Assembly: GCA_964647295.1 (NCBI GenBank) | Contig: CAZYHH010000001.1 | Coordinates: 1 to 44,031 of the forward strand | Length of the DNA stretch: 44,031 bases | Source: an uncultured Pseudomonadales bacterium | GTDB taxonomy: Bacteria > Pseudomonadota > Gammaproteobacteria > Pseudomonadales > Azotimanducaceae | Direction: 5' to 3' | In this document: in pieces, positions 24,526 to 34,498 of the stretch | How the letters are laid out: each line of letters begins with the position of its first letter | Position numbering within the stretch: the stretch's first letter is position 1 | Made by a program: the position numbers and the translations under genes | The notes under the pieces: generated by a model | Told to the model about the DNA's origin: nothing | The model's input: the letters and a program-made list of their open reading frames with translations, nothing else | Database searches by the model: none

Positions 24526-25600
24526 AACCATAGTGACAGTGACAGGCATTAGGCCGGACTTCATTAGAATGTCTAAAATTTTTAAAGCTTTAGATAAAAA
24601 TTTTAATCACATATTGATCCATACCGGCCAACACTATGATGACCTTTTGTCTGGGGTTTTTTTTAAAAATTTAAAAATAAGAAAGCCAGATTATAACCTC
24701 AGCATAGGCAGTAAATCTGGAGAACATTTTCATCAGACGAGTAGGCTTTCTGTGAGATTAATTGAGTTATTAAGAGATAGAAAAATGAAGCCCGATATGA
24801 TTTTATTTCTAGGGGACTCCAACTCAGTTGCCGTTGCCGTAGATCTTAAAAAAGAAGGGTACACTATTGGCCACATCGAAGCAGGCATGAGGTCAGGTGA
24901 TAAAAGAATGCTAGAGGAAATCAACAGGACAGTTTGCGATCACTGCTCGGACTACCACTTCGTTTACCACTCCAATTATAAAGACAAGCTCACAAAAGAA
25001 AACCTTCCCGCGCAAAACATATATATCGTAGGCAATACAATAGTTGAGGTATGCAAAGACATCGAACTACCTAAAGATAAAAGTGAAGGCTCTATCCTCT
25101 TAGATATCCATAGACCAGAAAATTTTAAATACCCAGAGAGACTTAAAAATATTATTATTTATGCAAATTTATGCGCAAAGAAATACAGCTTACCAATAAA
25201 AATGTTAAACTTCAAAAGAACAATTGACAGCATCAAAGGGGGCGATATAGACCTAGGAAAAATAGAAACCGTAGACCTAATGTCTTATAAAGACTTTGTA
25301 TTAGAGCAATATAATTCCTTATTTATTATATCAGACTCGGGGACAGCACAAGAAGAGCCGGCGTTGCTTAAAACCCCAGTCATTGTTCCTAGAGACTATA
25401 CAGAAAGGCCTGAATCAGTGGCGAATAGCTGCTCTTTTATGTTAGACGTAAACACAAAACCGTCAAAGTTTCAACCAAACAACGCAAGCTGGGACAAGAG
25501 CCTTGCTTGGGTAAACTCTCGACCCTCTATGAGAAAAGCTTGGCTAGGAAACGGGAAAACCTCAGAAAGAATAGTAACCGCAATTAAAAAAATATTATGA
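24518..25600 (+). CDS. non-hydrolysing UDP-HexNAc 2-epimerase (WecB/FnlC family)
   Basis: GIRPDFI, HTGQHYD, LGDSNS, HIEAGMRS, SDSGTAQEE, TERPE. Confidence 0.9.
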   Translation: MNKTIVTVTGIRPDFIRMSKIFKALDKNFNHILIHTGQHYDDLLSGVFFKNLKIRKPDYNLSIGSKSGEHFHQTSRLSVRLIELLRDRKMKPDMILFLGDSNSVAVAVDLKKEGYTIGHIEAGMRSGDKRMLEEINRTVCDHCSDYHFVYHSNYKDKLTKENLPAQNIYIVGNTIVEVCKDIELPKDKSEGSILLDIHRPENFKYPERLKNIIIYANLCAKKYSLPIKMLNFKRTIDSIKGGDIDLGKIETVDLMSYKDFVLEQYNSLFIISDSGTAQEEPALLKTPVIVPRDYTERPESVANSCSFMLDVNTKPSKFQPNNASWDKSLAWVNSRPSMRKAWLGNGKTSERIVTAIKKIL

Positions 25601-26388
25601 AGATAGTAGGATTTACTCAACTCAGGAACGAGATAAAGAAGGGAAACCTAGAGAACTGGTTTAAATGCATGCAGTCCGTATGTGACTACATTTATATTTA
25701 CGACCAAGACTCCACGGACGGAAGCAAAGAATATTACAAAAAATTTGACAACGTTCACGTAATAGAGTCTCCCATTAATGATTTTGGTGCAGAAATTAGA
25801 TGTAAGAAAAGACTTTTAGAGAAGCTCCTCGAAGATCACCCCGATACAGATTGGATATTCTGGATGGACGGGGACACCATACTAGAAAAAAAAGCGTTAG
25901 ATAAAGAAAGGTGGGTGAAAATAATAAACGGCGCAGAAAAACAAGGGGCTGAAATAATTTCCCTCGGTCACTACAATCTTTGGAGAAGCGATACTCATTA
26001 CAGAATAGATAACGGTTTCCATGGACTCCATAAGTGGGGTGTTTCAGCCATGTGGAAAAACTTAGGAAACCTTCATTTTGAGGATGAAGAAGGACTGCAC
26101 AAAGACCAATTCCCCAAGCCCTTAAGCTTAGCCAACGTCGCAAGATCGCCGTATAGCCTGATCCATAGAGGGTTCGCGACAGACCAGCAAATCATAGATA
26201 AATATATAAGATACAGGGATAGGGGGCAAACTGGGTGGGAACTATTCAGGCTCATAGATGAATCAACCCTGACCACGATCAATACTATTGGGGACGGGAA
26301 AATCATGGAAGATTTATTACCAGACTGGCTAGAACTGACTAACGCTGGAGACCCAAGCTCGAAAGAAAAAATAAAATTTTTAATTTAA
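25597..26388 (+). CDS. GT2-like glycosyltransferase
   Basis: YDQDSTDGS, WIFWMDGD. Confidence 0.7.
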   Translation: MKIVGFTQLRNEIKKGNLENWFKCMQSVCDYIYIYDQDSTDGSKEYYKKFDNVHVIESPINDFGAEIRCKKRLLEKLLEDHPDTDWIFWMDGDTILEKKALDKERWVKIINGAEKQGAEIISLGHYNLWRSDTHYRIDNGFHGLHKWGVSAMWKNLGNLHFEDEEGLHKDQFPKPLSLANVARSPYSLIHRGFATDQQIIDKYIRYRDRGQTGWELFRLIDESTLTTINTIGDGKIMEDLLPDWLELTNAGDPSSKEKIKFLI

Positions 26389-26397
26389 AATCTCGGC

Positions 26398-27078
26398 ATG
26401 CAAACATTTGGGGAGATAAATAAGAAGAGGTGGGACAGAGACCACGAAAACTTAAACGGAGCAACCTATAGTAATGACGAGGAACTATACGAGGCCGTTC
26501 GAGAGCAGAACTCTTACGTAACAATTGGCTCCTTTGGAGAGCTAGATCCTTATCATAATTTCGGGACAGTCTTCGACAGCCATCTAATCACCAACAAAAC
26601 CATACTAGATATCGGGGTCGGTCGTGGTAGACTTCTAGAACACTTCAAGGGGCTAGGGAATAGAACCATCGGTTGCGATGTTTCAGAAGTAGCAATAAAT
26701 TTAGCAAGCGAAAACTGTGATGAAGTATACCTCTCCGAAAATCTATCTTCAATTGAACCTGTAGATCTTGCTGTCTGCCACTTAGTCATGCAGCACAACC
26801 ACGAGGCAGAAGTTTTCAGAATCCTAAACGAGGTTCAACTCAAGACTGATGGAATACTTACGTTTCAATTTGCGTCGTTGGTGCCCGAAGAGCCTCAACT
26901 TTCCCCTCTAACTATAGAGGGCATAAATAAATCAATGCTATATTTTTATTCTGCATCCAAGATGAAGTCTTTGGTAGAGGAAAGCAGTAAAGAGGTCAGC
27001 GAGGAAGCCGGTCCGTGGTGGTTTGGTGAACCTTTTAATTTTGAATGGCATATCCTTAGGGTAAAAAATGAAAATTAA
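26398..27078 (+). CDS. class I SAM-dependent methyltransferase
   Basis: ILDIGVGRG, GCDVS, LVMQH. Confidence 0.85.
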   Translation: MQTFGEINKKRWDRDHENLNGATYSNDEELYEAVREQNSYVTIGSFGELDPYHNFGTVFDSHLITNKTILDIGVGRGRLLEHFKGLGNRTIGCDVSEVAINLASENCDEVYLSENLSSIEPVDLAVCHLVMQHNHEAEVFRILNEVQLKTDGILTFQFASLVPEEPQLSPLTIEGINKSMLYFYSASKMKSLVEESSKEVSEEAGPWWFGEPFNFEWHILRVKNEN

Positions 27079-27916
27079 TATAGTAACAGTTAACTCTGGA
27101 TGGATATTGCAAAAAATTTCCGAACGAATAGCAATCGCTAACCCAGACGTATTCCAAATTTCTTCCAGACCTATCAGTGATGCAGACGCAAACTTCTACA
27201 TAGACGTGCTTAATTGTTATAGAGGTAAGAGCCCAATTTTTGACATAGGATTCTTTACCCACCTGCATGAAGACTCCACCAACTCCATGCAAAACCATTG
27301 GCTATCTTTAGATCACATCGTACATATGTGTACAAGATATAAAAAAGCGTTTCAGCAATTTTACCCAGCTGAAAAAATGTCCGTACTGTATCCCGGCGAA
27401 GTGGGTGAACAGTTTCCCATCAAGAAGCCGTTAATTGGAGTCTTCCAGAGAGGGTTCCACGAAGGGAAGGGTTTCGATTTTATGAAATCGATGGCCCAAT
27501 ATGACATTCTGAAAAATTTTAAATTCCTATTCGTGGGGAGCGATTGGGAAGAGGTTTCAGACATTTTTAACAGCAATTCGATAGAAACAAAGTGCCACGA
27601 GAATGAAGATTACTCGACATACCCAAGTTTATATGGCAAGGTAGACTACCTTTTGATACCATCTTTATGGGAGGGCGGACCCATGTCTTTAATCGAGGCT
27701 TACGCCACAGGGACACCGATCATAAGCGCAGATGTCGGATGGATCAACTCAGACTTCGAAGCAGACTATTTATACGAAGCGGGGAACGGGCAGCAATTAA
27801 GTGAAACTCTTGAAAAAATTTATGAACCGATTTATAATAGAAGGCAAAGGGTTGCTTGGATAAACTATAAAACCTATGGAAATAAAATAATAGAAATTGT
27901 GAAAGGTTCAAAATGA
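27068..27916 (+). CDS. GT4 glycosyltransferase
   Basis: PSLWEGGPMSLIEAYATGTPIISADVG. Confidence 0.88.
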   Translation: MKINIVTVNSGWILQKISERIAIANPDVFQISSRPISDADANFYIDVLNCYRGKSPIFDIGFFTHLHEDSTNSMQNHWLSLDHIVHMCTRYKKAFQQFYPAEKMSVLYPGEVGEQFPIKKPLIGVFQRGFHEGKGFDFMKSMAQYDILKNFKFLFVGSDWEEVSDIFNSNSIETKCHENEDYSTYPSLYGKVDYLLIPSLWEGGPMSLIEAYATGTPIISADVGWINSDFEADYLYEAGNGQQLSETLEKIYEPIYNRRQRVAWINYKTYGNKIIEIVKGSK

Positions 27917-28371
27917 ATTTACATCTAGGATGTGGAAATAATTATAAAGAGGGTTGGGTAAACGTAGACATGGGTGATTGCCGCGTGGACGTAGAACATA
28001 ACCTAGAGGTGCTTCCTTGGCCATTCGAGAATAATAGCGCAGAGTATGTATTAATGAATCACGTGCTCGAACATATAGATAAAAATAAATTTATAGATTT
28101 TGTTAGAGAGCTTTATAGGGTTTGTTCTAACGGCTCGAAGATAGAAATTACTTCGCCCTATGCTGGGTCAGACAATTTCTGGACAGACCCAACCCATAAA
28201 ATGCCACTCACCACCAGAACCTTCGACTACTTCGACAGGGATAAGCCTCTAGGAGAGAACGGAAAAATTTATGGATGGCACGATATAAACTTCTCCGTTG
28301 TTCAAGCTGCCCCAATAGACAATCCGCCTAACGGACCAGACGTACGATACCTACTGAAAGCTATTAAATAA
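27913..28371 (+). CDS. methyltransferase type 11-like
   Basis: LHLGCG, WVNVD, HVLEH, ELYRV, DPTH. Confidence 0.85.
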   Translation: MNLHLGCGNNYKEGWVNVDMGDCRVDVEHNLEVLPWPFENNSAEYVLMNHVLEHIDKNKFIDFVRELYRVCSNGSKIEITSPYAGSDNFWTDPTHKMPLTTRTFDYFDRDKPLGENGKIYGWHDINFSVVQAAPIDNPPNGPDVRYLLKAIK

Positions 28372-29171
28372 TGTTTACATATTATACAATAATTGGCAAA
28401 GACTTATCCCTTCTCAAGGGGCATGTCGAAAATATAAAAGAGTACGCAGCTTTTGATCGACTCCCGTGCGAGAAAGAATTTTTAGTTATTGTATATAAAA
28501 ATAAAAAAATTCCAGAACAGACAACTTCTGAAATCCTAGATTACTGCGACTCTCAGAACTTAAGAACCCATATCTATGAAGAGCCTACGGATTCTTTCCT
28601 TCATAATTTATACGCTTGTTGGAACTTGGGTTATAGCGAAGCCAAAGACGGCTGGGTATTCAGGGGGGGATCAGATCAAGTTTTCTCCAGAGATAGCTTT
28701 TTACATTTATATGAACAAGCCGGCAAGATTGACGAGAAAACAATCCTGCAAGCTAATACAATAGAAAACGCCCACAAACTTACACAACTCGGGGTGTCAA
28801 ATAGCAGGCATTTTACGGAAGAATTCGGAAACGATTTTGAGACCTTTAGTTATGAAAAATTCGAGCGTTTTTGTGACCAAATAAATAAAGATGTAAATGA
28901 AAAATTACTAGACATCAAGGCTTCCTTGAATTACTGGGGTCACCCTACAGAGTTTCGCTCCTCCCTAGGGGTTATAGATAGGACCGACGGTTGCTCTTGG
29001 TTGATGTCTAAAAAGCATTTTGAATCTTATGGTCCCATGCCCCCGATAGAAAGAGGGGTGACCGGCGATGTAATAATTCATGACAGATTTCAATCGGTCG
29101 GGTTTAAAAATTTTATAGCACGAGATTGTATAACTTACCACTTCGTGCAGGGAGAAAGCTCACAAGCATGA
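28371..29171 (+). CDS. putative GT-A glycosyltransferase
   Basis: WNLG, GSDQVF, TGDV, YHFVQGE pattern; cluster context. Confidence 0.55.
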   Translation: MFTYYTIIGKDLSLLKGHVENIKEYAAFDRLPCEKEFLVIVYKNKKIPEQTTSEILDYCDSQNLRTHIYEEPTDSFLHNLYACWNLGYSEAKDGWVFRGGSDQVFSRDSFLHLYEQAGKIDEKTILQANTIENAHKLTQLGVSNSRHFTEEFGNDFETFSYEKFERFCDQINKDVNEKLLDIKASLNYWGHPTEFRSSLGVIDRTDGCSWLMSKKHFESYGPMPPIERGVTGDVIIHDRFQSVGFKNFIARDCITYHFVQGESSQA

Positions 29172-29959
29172 AGATAGGTATTATAGGGTTAGGGGTAGTT
29201 GGCTCTGCCTGTGAATATGGTTTCAAAAAATTAGGGCACGAGGTATTGCCTCATGACTTAAGACTAGAAACATCCATTGATGACGTGCTGCCTTCGTCTA
29301 TTTGTTATATTTGTGTCCCCACCCCACAGAAAGAAGACGGGTCTTGTGATGTGTCTATAGTTGAAGGAGTCGTGGGCGAGCTTAAAGATAAAAAATACAA
29401 AGGCATCGTAGCAATAAAATCTACAGTAAAGCCGGGATCGACAGACAGGTTCGCGGGAGACACGGGGCTAAACCTCTGCTTCGTCCCTGAGTTTTTAAGG
29501 GAGAGGTCTGCCTCTAGCGACTTTGTAGAGAATCATGACTTATTAGCTATAGGCACACACAGTCAAGACAATTTTGATTTAATAAAAGAATCTCACGGAA
29601 ATTACCCACAAAATATTGTGATGCTAAAACCCGTAGAGGCAGAGATATTAAAATATTACTCTAACGTTTTCAATGCTCTTAGGATTATTTTTGCTAATGA
29701 ATTTTATGAAGTTTGCGAGGCTCTGGGGGCGGATTACACCAAAATGAAAGACGCTTTCATTCTCAGGAAGACTACAACGGATATGTATTTAGATGTTAAT
29801 AATAATTTCAGGGGGTACGGTGGGGTCTGCCTTCCCAAAGATACCGCAGCCATGGCGGCTCTAGTTAAAGAGTTAGGATTAAACATGGATTTATTTAAAG
29901 CCATAGAAGAGGAAAACAAAAAGTTTAAAACAACCGTGTTCGAAGGAATGAGAGAATAA
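29168..29959 (+). CDS. UDP-glucose 6-dehydrogenase family (short form, second copy)
   Basis: GLGVVG, CVPTP, KSTVKPG, PEFLRE, GYGGVCLPKD; ATGA-overlap start. Confidence 0.88.
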   Translation: MKIGIIGLGVVGSACEYGFKKLGHEVLPHDLRLETSIDDVLPSSICYICVPTPQKEDGSCDVSIVEGVVGELKDKKYKGIVAIKSTVKPGSTDRFAGDTGLNLCFVPEFLRERSASSDFVENHDLLAIGTHSQDNFDLIKESHGNYPQNIVMLKPVEAEILKYYSNVFNALRIIFANEFYEVCEALGADYTKMKDAFILRKTTTDMYLDVNNNFRGYGGVCLPKDTAAMAALVKELGLNMDLFKAIEEENKKFKTTVFEGMRE

Positions 29960-29960
29960 T

Positions 29961-30611
29961 ATGAAATGCATAATCGAAGTTGGCCTCAGTATTGGTGATG
30001 ATTTCAGCCTTTACGTCACAGACCCTAGCGCGGACTATGTTTTTGGTTTCGAGCCGGTGCCCCATCTCGCAAAACATGTACGCAATAGGTGTGCGTCAGT
30101 TCCAACCACAACCCCCTACGAAGTTATACAAAAAGCTGTAGACATAGACGATAACCCGAAAACATTTTACCCTGCAACCACAGACTACCTTGATATGGAA
30201 GGGGTCGCGGGGAGAGGGTGGATGAACGGGGCGGGCTCTTTGCTAAAAATGGAAGACCATCTATCCCAAACTTGGCCGAACCGACCCGATCTTAAACAGA
30301 TAGATTCTGACGCGATAGAGGTGGAGTGCACTAGACTAGACACCTTCATCAAGGAGAGGGGCGTTGATGAAATTCAAATGCTAGAGATAGACGCTCAGGG
30401 TAAAGATTTAGATGTTCTTAAAAGCTTGGGCGACTATATTTCTATAGTCAAAAACGGCAAGATCGAGGTGCCAGAAACCCCCGAGGTTGCACTATATAAA
30501 GACAACCACAATAAAGAAGAAACCCTACACTTTTTATTGGATCACGGTTTTTCCGTAGAGCAGGAGAACGTTAATCTTCAGAATGAAGAAAATTTTATAT
30601 TTTATAAATAA
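29961..30611 (+). CDS. FkbM-family methyltransferase
   Basis: VFGFEP, RLDTFI, IDAQGKDLDVLKS. Confidence 0.8.
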   Translation: MKCIIEVGLSIGDDFSLYVTDPSADYVFGFEPVPHLAKHVRNRCASVPTTTPYEVIQKAVDIDDNPKTFYPATTDYLDMEGVAGRGWMNGAGSLLKMEDHLSQTWPNRPDLKQIDSDAIEVECTRLDTFIKERGVDEIQMLEIDAQGKDLDVLKSLGDYISIVKNGKIEVPETPEVALYKDNHNKEETLHFLLDHGFSVEQENVNLQNEENFIFYK

Positions 30612-30616
30612 AGTTC

Positions 30617-31636
30617 ATGAAAGTATTAGTAACAGGATCACAAGGATTTATTGGCAGCTATTTATGCAGCGAGCTACTAAGCTCGGGATATGAGGTTGTT
30701 GGGGTAGATAACTACTCTAAGTATGGGGCTCTCGTTCGGCCTCACGACGCTTCCCCGAACTTTACCCTAATAAAGACAGAGAATGATATACTTCGGTGGG
30801 ACCCCAAAAACAGGCAACCGCACCCAGACATAAAGGACGTAGACTTTATAGTGGCAGGGGCCGCTATGATTGGTGGTATTAGTTATTTTCACAAATATGC
30901 CTACGATCTACTAGCAACGAACGAGAGAATTCTAGCGAATACCTTTGATTTAGCCATCAGGCTGAGGCAGGAGTACGACCTTAAAAGAATTATTGTTTTG
31001 TCTAGTAGTATGGTTTTCGAGAATACAGACACTTACCCAACCCCAGAATCAGACATATACAAATCCCCTCCCCCATCCTCAACATATGGCTTCCAGAAAC
31101 TAGCTTCGGAATTTTTTGCTAAAGGCGCTTGGGAACAATATAGGCTACCCTACTCTATAGTTAGGCCGTTCAACTGCGTTGGCGTGGGCGAGGAGAAGGC
31201 TCTCGGAGAACACGAAGTAACAAGCGGCAACATTAAGTTAATGATGTCGCACGTCTTACCGGATTTAATAAATAAAGTATTAATGGGGCAAGACCCACTC
31301 CACATACTAGGAGAAGGAAACCAAGTGAGGTGTTATACGAATGGCAAAGACATAGCGAGAGGAATTAAAACAGTTATGGAAAGCGACAGGGCTATTAATC
31401 AAGATTTTAACATCTCAACGGCAGAAGGGACAACAGTCCTTGAGCTAGCTAAAATTGTTTGGGAAAAAATTAATGGGCCTCGCCCATTCCGATATGAAAG
31501 TGATGAGCCATTCTCCTACGACGTACAAAGGAGAATCCCTGACGTAACAAAGGCTAAAGAATTACTAGGTTTTGAGGCGGAAGTTTCTTTGGAAGAGTCA
31601 GTTAGCGAGGTGATAGAGTATATGAAGAATGATTAA
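30617..31636 (+). CDS. NAD-dependent sugar epimerase/dehydratase
   Basis: TGSQGFIG, SSS, YGFQK, RPFN, RRIPD. Confidence 0.9.
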   Translation: MKVLVTGSQGFIGSYLCSELLSSGYEVVGVDNYSKYGALVRPHDASPNFTLIKTENDILRWDPKNRQPHPDIKDVDFIVAGAAMIGGISYFHKYAYDLLATNERILANTFDLAIRLRQEYDLKRIIVLSSSMVFENTDTYPTPESDIYKSPPPSSTYGFQKLASEFFAKGAWEQYRLPYSIVRPFNCVGVGEEKALGEHEVTSGNIKLMMSHVLPDLINKVLMGQDPLHILGEGNQVRCYTNGKDIARGIKTVMESDRAINQDFNISTAEGTTVLELAKIVWEKINGPRPFRYESDEPFSYDVQRRIPDVTKAKELLGFEAEVSLEESVSEVIEYMKND

Positions 31637-32999
31637 ATTAATTATATTTGATCTAGACGGAGTCCTCGTGGACGCAAGAGAGCTTCACTACGAAGCTCTT
31701 AATGATGCGCTAGCGGAGGTCGGGGAAGAGTACGTGATCAACAGGGACGAACACCTTTCTACTTACGATGGTCTAGCTACGTCTAAAAAACTCAAAATGC
31801 TAACAGAAAAGAAGGGCCTCCCAGAAAAAGACCACCACTTAATCTGGAAACTCAAACAAGAAATGACCTCTAAGGTTATCGATAGGTTCTCAATTGACGG
31901 AAGATTACAGAATATTCTTAAAAGGCTAAAGGCAGAGGGCTATACGATAGCGTGCGCCACGAATTCTATTAGGGAAACAGCGAAGCTCCAACTGATTAGG
32001 CGTGGGTTTTTTGAATTCATAGATTATTTATATTCGCAAACAGACGTAAACAATATAAAACCAAACACCGAGGTTTACCTAAGATGTATGCTTAAAGCGG
32101 GGTGCGATCCAGTCCAAACTGTCATTGTAGAGGATTCCCACATAGGCAGAAAAGCCGCATTAAATTCTGGCGCACATCTATGCCCTGTGATAAATTCCTT
32201 AGATCTTACTTACGAAAAAGTAAAAGACACCATAGGCAAGGCAGAACAAAAAAGCAAAATTAAACCCAAGTGGCAAGGCGGAAAAATGAAAGTACTAATA
32301 CCAATGGCGGGTGCGGGCAGCAGGTTTGAACAGGCCGGCTATACATTTCCCAAACCCCTAATAGATGTTAACGGAAAACCGATGATCCAAGTCGTCGTTG
32401 AAAACATAAACGTAGACGCAGAGCATATATTTATCGTTCAAAAATCGCACTACGAAAAATTTAATCTCGAAGAAACCTTAAACCAAATCTCCCCGGGCTG
32501 TAAAATAGTACAGGTAGACGGAATGACCGAGGGCGCGGCGTGCACGACCCTGCTGGCTAGAGAATACATTAATAACGAAGAGCCGCTCCTGATGGCTAAC
32601 TCGGACCAGTTCGTAGAGTGGGATAGTAACGAATTCATGTACTCAATGATGGCGGATGAAATTGACGGGGGGATTTTGTCCTTTGAATCAACCCATCCCA
32701 AATGGAGTTACGCCAAACTAGCGGGGGACGGGTTCGTTACGGAGGTCGCAGAGAAAAAGCCTATAAGCAACGTAGCAACTGTTGGGATTTATTTTTGGAG
32801 CAAGGGCTCAGACTACGTAAAATATGCCGAGCAAATGATAGAAAAAAACATCAGAGTAAATAATGAGTTTTATGTTTGTCCAGTTTTCAACGAAGCTATC
32901 GAAGACAATAAAAAAATAAAGACCTTTCACATAGATAAAATGTGGGGCCTTGGTACCCCTGAAGACTTGCAAAGATTTTTTAGCCATCATGACGACTGA
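31629..32999 (+). CDS. HAD phosphatase / nucleotidyltransferase-like fusion
   Basis: N-terminal FDLDGVL, KP, VEDS; C-terminal IPMAGAGSRF..PKPLI..EKKPIS..LGTPEDL. Confidence 0.88.
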   Translation: MIKLIIFDLDGVLVDARELHYEALNDALAEVGEEYVINRDEHLSTYDGLATSKKLKMLTEKKGLPEKDHHLIWKLKQEMTSKVIDRFSIDGRLQNILKRLKAEGYTIACATNSIRETAKLQLIRRGFFEFIDYLYSQTDVNNIKPNTEVYLRCMLKAGCDPVQTVIVEDSHIGRKAALNSGAHLCPVINSLDLTYEKVKDTIGKAEQKSKIKPKWQGGKMKVLIPMAGAGSRFEQAGYTFPKPLIDVNGKPMIQVVVENINVDAEHIFIVQKSHYEKFNLEETLNQISPGCKIVQVDGMTEGAACTTLLAREYINNEEPLLMANSDQFVEWDSNEFMYSMMADEIDGGILSFESTHPKWSYAKLAGDGFVTEVAEKKPISNVATVGIYFWSKGSDYVKYAEQMIEKNIRVNNEFYVCPVFNEAIEDNKKIKTFHIDKMWGLGTPEDLQRFFSHHDD

Positions 33000-33684
33000 A
33001 GAAATTAAACTCGGCATCGTTATAACGATGTATAACGAGCACGACACCGTGCGTCAGTCGATAGAGTCTATACGGAATCTGTGTTCCTCATGCGTTATCG
33101 TAGTGGCTCACTCAGACGACAATAAAGATACGGACGCGCTCACTTACATAAAAGACAATACAGATTCTTATATTTTATTACCAAACATTGCCCCCGACCA
33201 CGATAAATATACGCTACCGTCCGCTGCCATATGTAGAAATTACTCAGTCGGATTTCGGAAGCTGAGAGAGACTACTAACAATCTCGACGCAGTCATAGGG
33301 GCGACAGGCGACACACTCTTTTTTGATATTAATCAAATTAAACCTCACGTAGCCACGCTAAGAGAGTCTGGTCTTGTCTTGCAGGCTGTGGGCCACGACT
33401 TTCATTCTAGCAACGCGGACCCAGCAAATGGGATAGAAGGGGGCAGGCTGCAAGGGCCCGACACAACCGACATAATGCCTCAATTTTTTGTATTTCGCGG
33501 AGACTTTTTTTATAACACCAATTTATTATTAGACATAAAAATAACAAACCCATTTACTAGCGAGCAATGCTTGGGTGATAATATCATAGAAAATCTATCC
33601 CAAAAATTTCATACGTGCATCCGACGCTTGGGGGTGCATGCTTATGATTTTAGTGATGGTATAACATTACAGTCATGCGGGTAA
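32989..33684 (+). CDS. GT2-like glycosyltransferase
   Basis: IVITMYNE N-terminal motif; cluster context; start set at ATG 32989. Confidence 0.55.
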   Translation: MTTEEIKLGIVITMYNEHDTVRQSIESIRNLCSSCVIVVAHSDDNKDTDALTYIKDNTDSYILLPNIAPDHDKYTLPSAAICRNYSVGFRKLRETTNNLDAVIGATGDTLFFDINQIKPHVATLRESGLVLQAVGHDFHSSNADPANGIEGGRLQGPDTTDIMPQFFVFRGDFFYNTNLLLDIKITNPFTSEQCLGDNIIENLSQKFHTCIRRLGVHAYDFSDGITLQSCG

Positions 33685-34109
33685 TATGCCATAGGGGAAA
33701 CATTGACGGGCCAAACCCTTTATTAGAAAATGATCCTTCTCACATCAGACGGGCCTTAAATCTTGGTTTCGATGTAGAGGTAGACGTTTGGTCAATAAAT
33801 GGAAACTACATACTGGGTCATGATTCCCCGACACATTTTGTGAAGGCGCTCTTTCTGAGAGGGGAGCGATTATGGTGTCATGCAAAAAATATAGACGCCC
33901 TAGAAAGGATGATTCGAGACGATAAAATCCATTGCTTTTGGCACGAGGAAGACGACTATACTATAACATCTAATGGGCATGTTTGGGTTTTCCCCGGGAA
34001 ACCCTTATTCAAAGGGGCGATCTGCGTTAAACCGGAGCAGGGGGTTGACGGGAACCTTGGGGAATGCTATGCTGTTTGCACAGACTATCCCCAGAAATAT
34101 TTATCATGA
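33675..34109 (+). CDS. short glycerophosphodiester phosphodiesterase-like protein
   Basis: HRGN..EN..GFDVEVDV..LGHD..WCHAKN..VCTDY. Confidence 0.75.
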   Translation: MRVICHRGNIDGPNPLLENDPSHIRRALNLGFDVEVDVWSINGNYILGHDSPTHFVKALFLRGERLWCHAKNIDALERMIRDDKIHCFWHEEDDYTITSNGHVWVFPGKPLFKGAICVKPEQGVDGNLGECYAVCTDYPQKYLS

Positions 34110-34471
34110 AAAACGCATCAGAAAATATAGAAGAAATAATAAAGTCTTCTGTCGAAAATTTCGACGGAAGTTACGAGCTAGGGAACCCCTTCGAAGACTT
34201 ACTATCCTTTGGTGAGCTAGTTGATAGACTTTCTATTGTTAACTTTAAATTGTACACCCTAAAAGACGAGGTGATGCTGATACCAGAAGAGGGATACAAT
34301 AGAGAGCAGCAAGACTTCAAATCTTGGGCGTCTGTAGAAGATGTCAGACTGGTAAAAGAAAGAGCTAGACTTAAAAAATGCATAGATGAAAAACTGGTAG
34401 CCATGATCGCGAAATACCAGAAGGGGGATAAAAACGCAGGCTTTAACTCGGAGGTTAAAAAATATGGGTAA
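34106..34471 (+). CDS. hypothetical protein (DUF4254-like)
   Basis: GELVDRLSIVNFK..ERARLKKCID; ATGA-overlap start. Confidence 0.55.
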   Translation: MKNASENIEEIIKSSVENFDGSYELGNPFEDLLSFGELVDRLSIVNFKLYTLKDEVMLIPEEGYNREQQDFKSWASVEDVRLVKERARLKKCIDEKLVAMIAKYQKGDKNAGFNSEVKKYG

Positions 34472-34498
34472 AAGTAAATCAATTTAATATAATTTATT

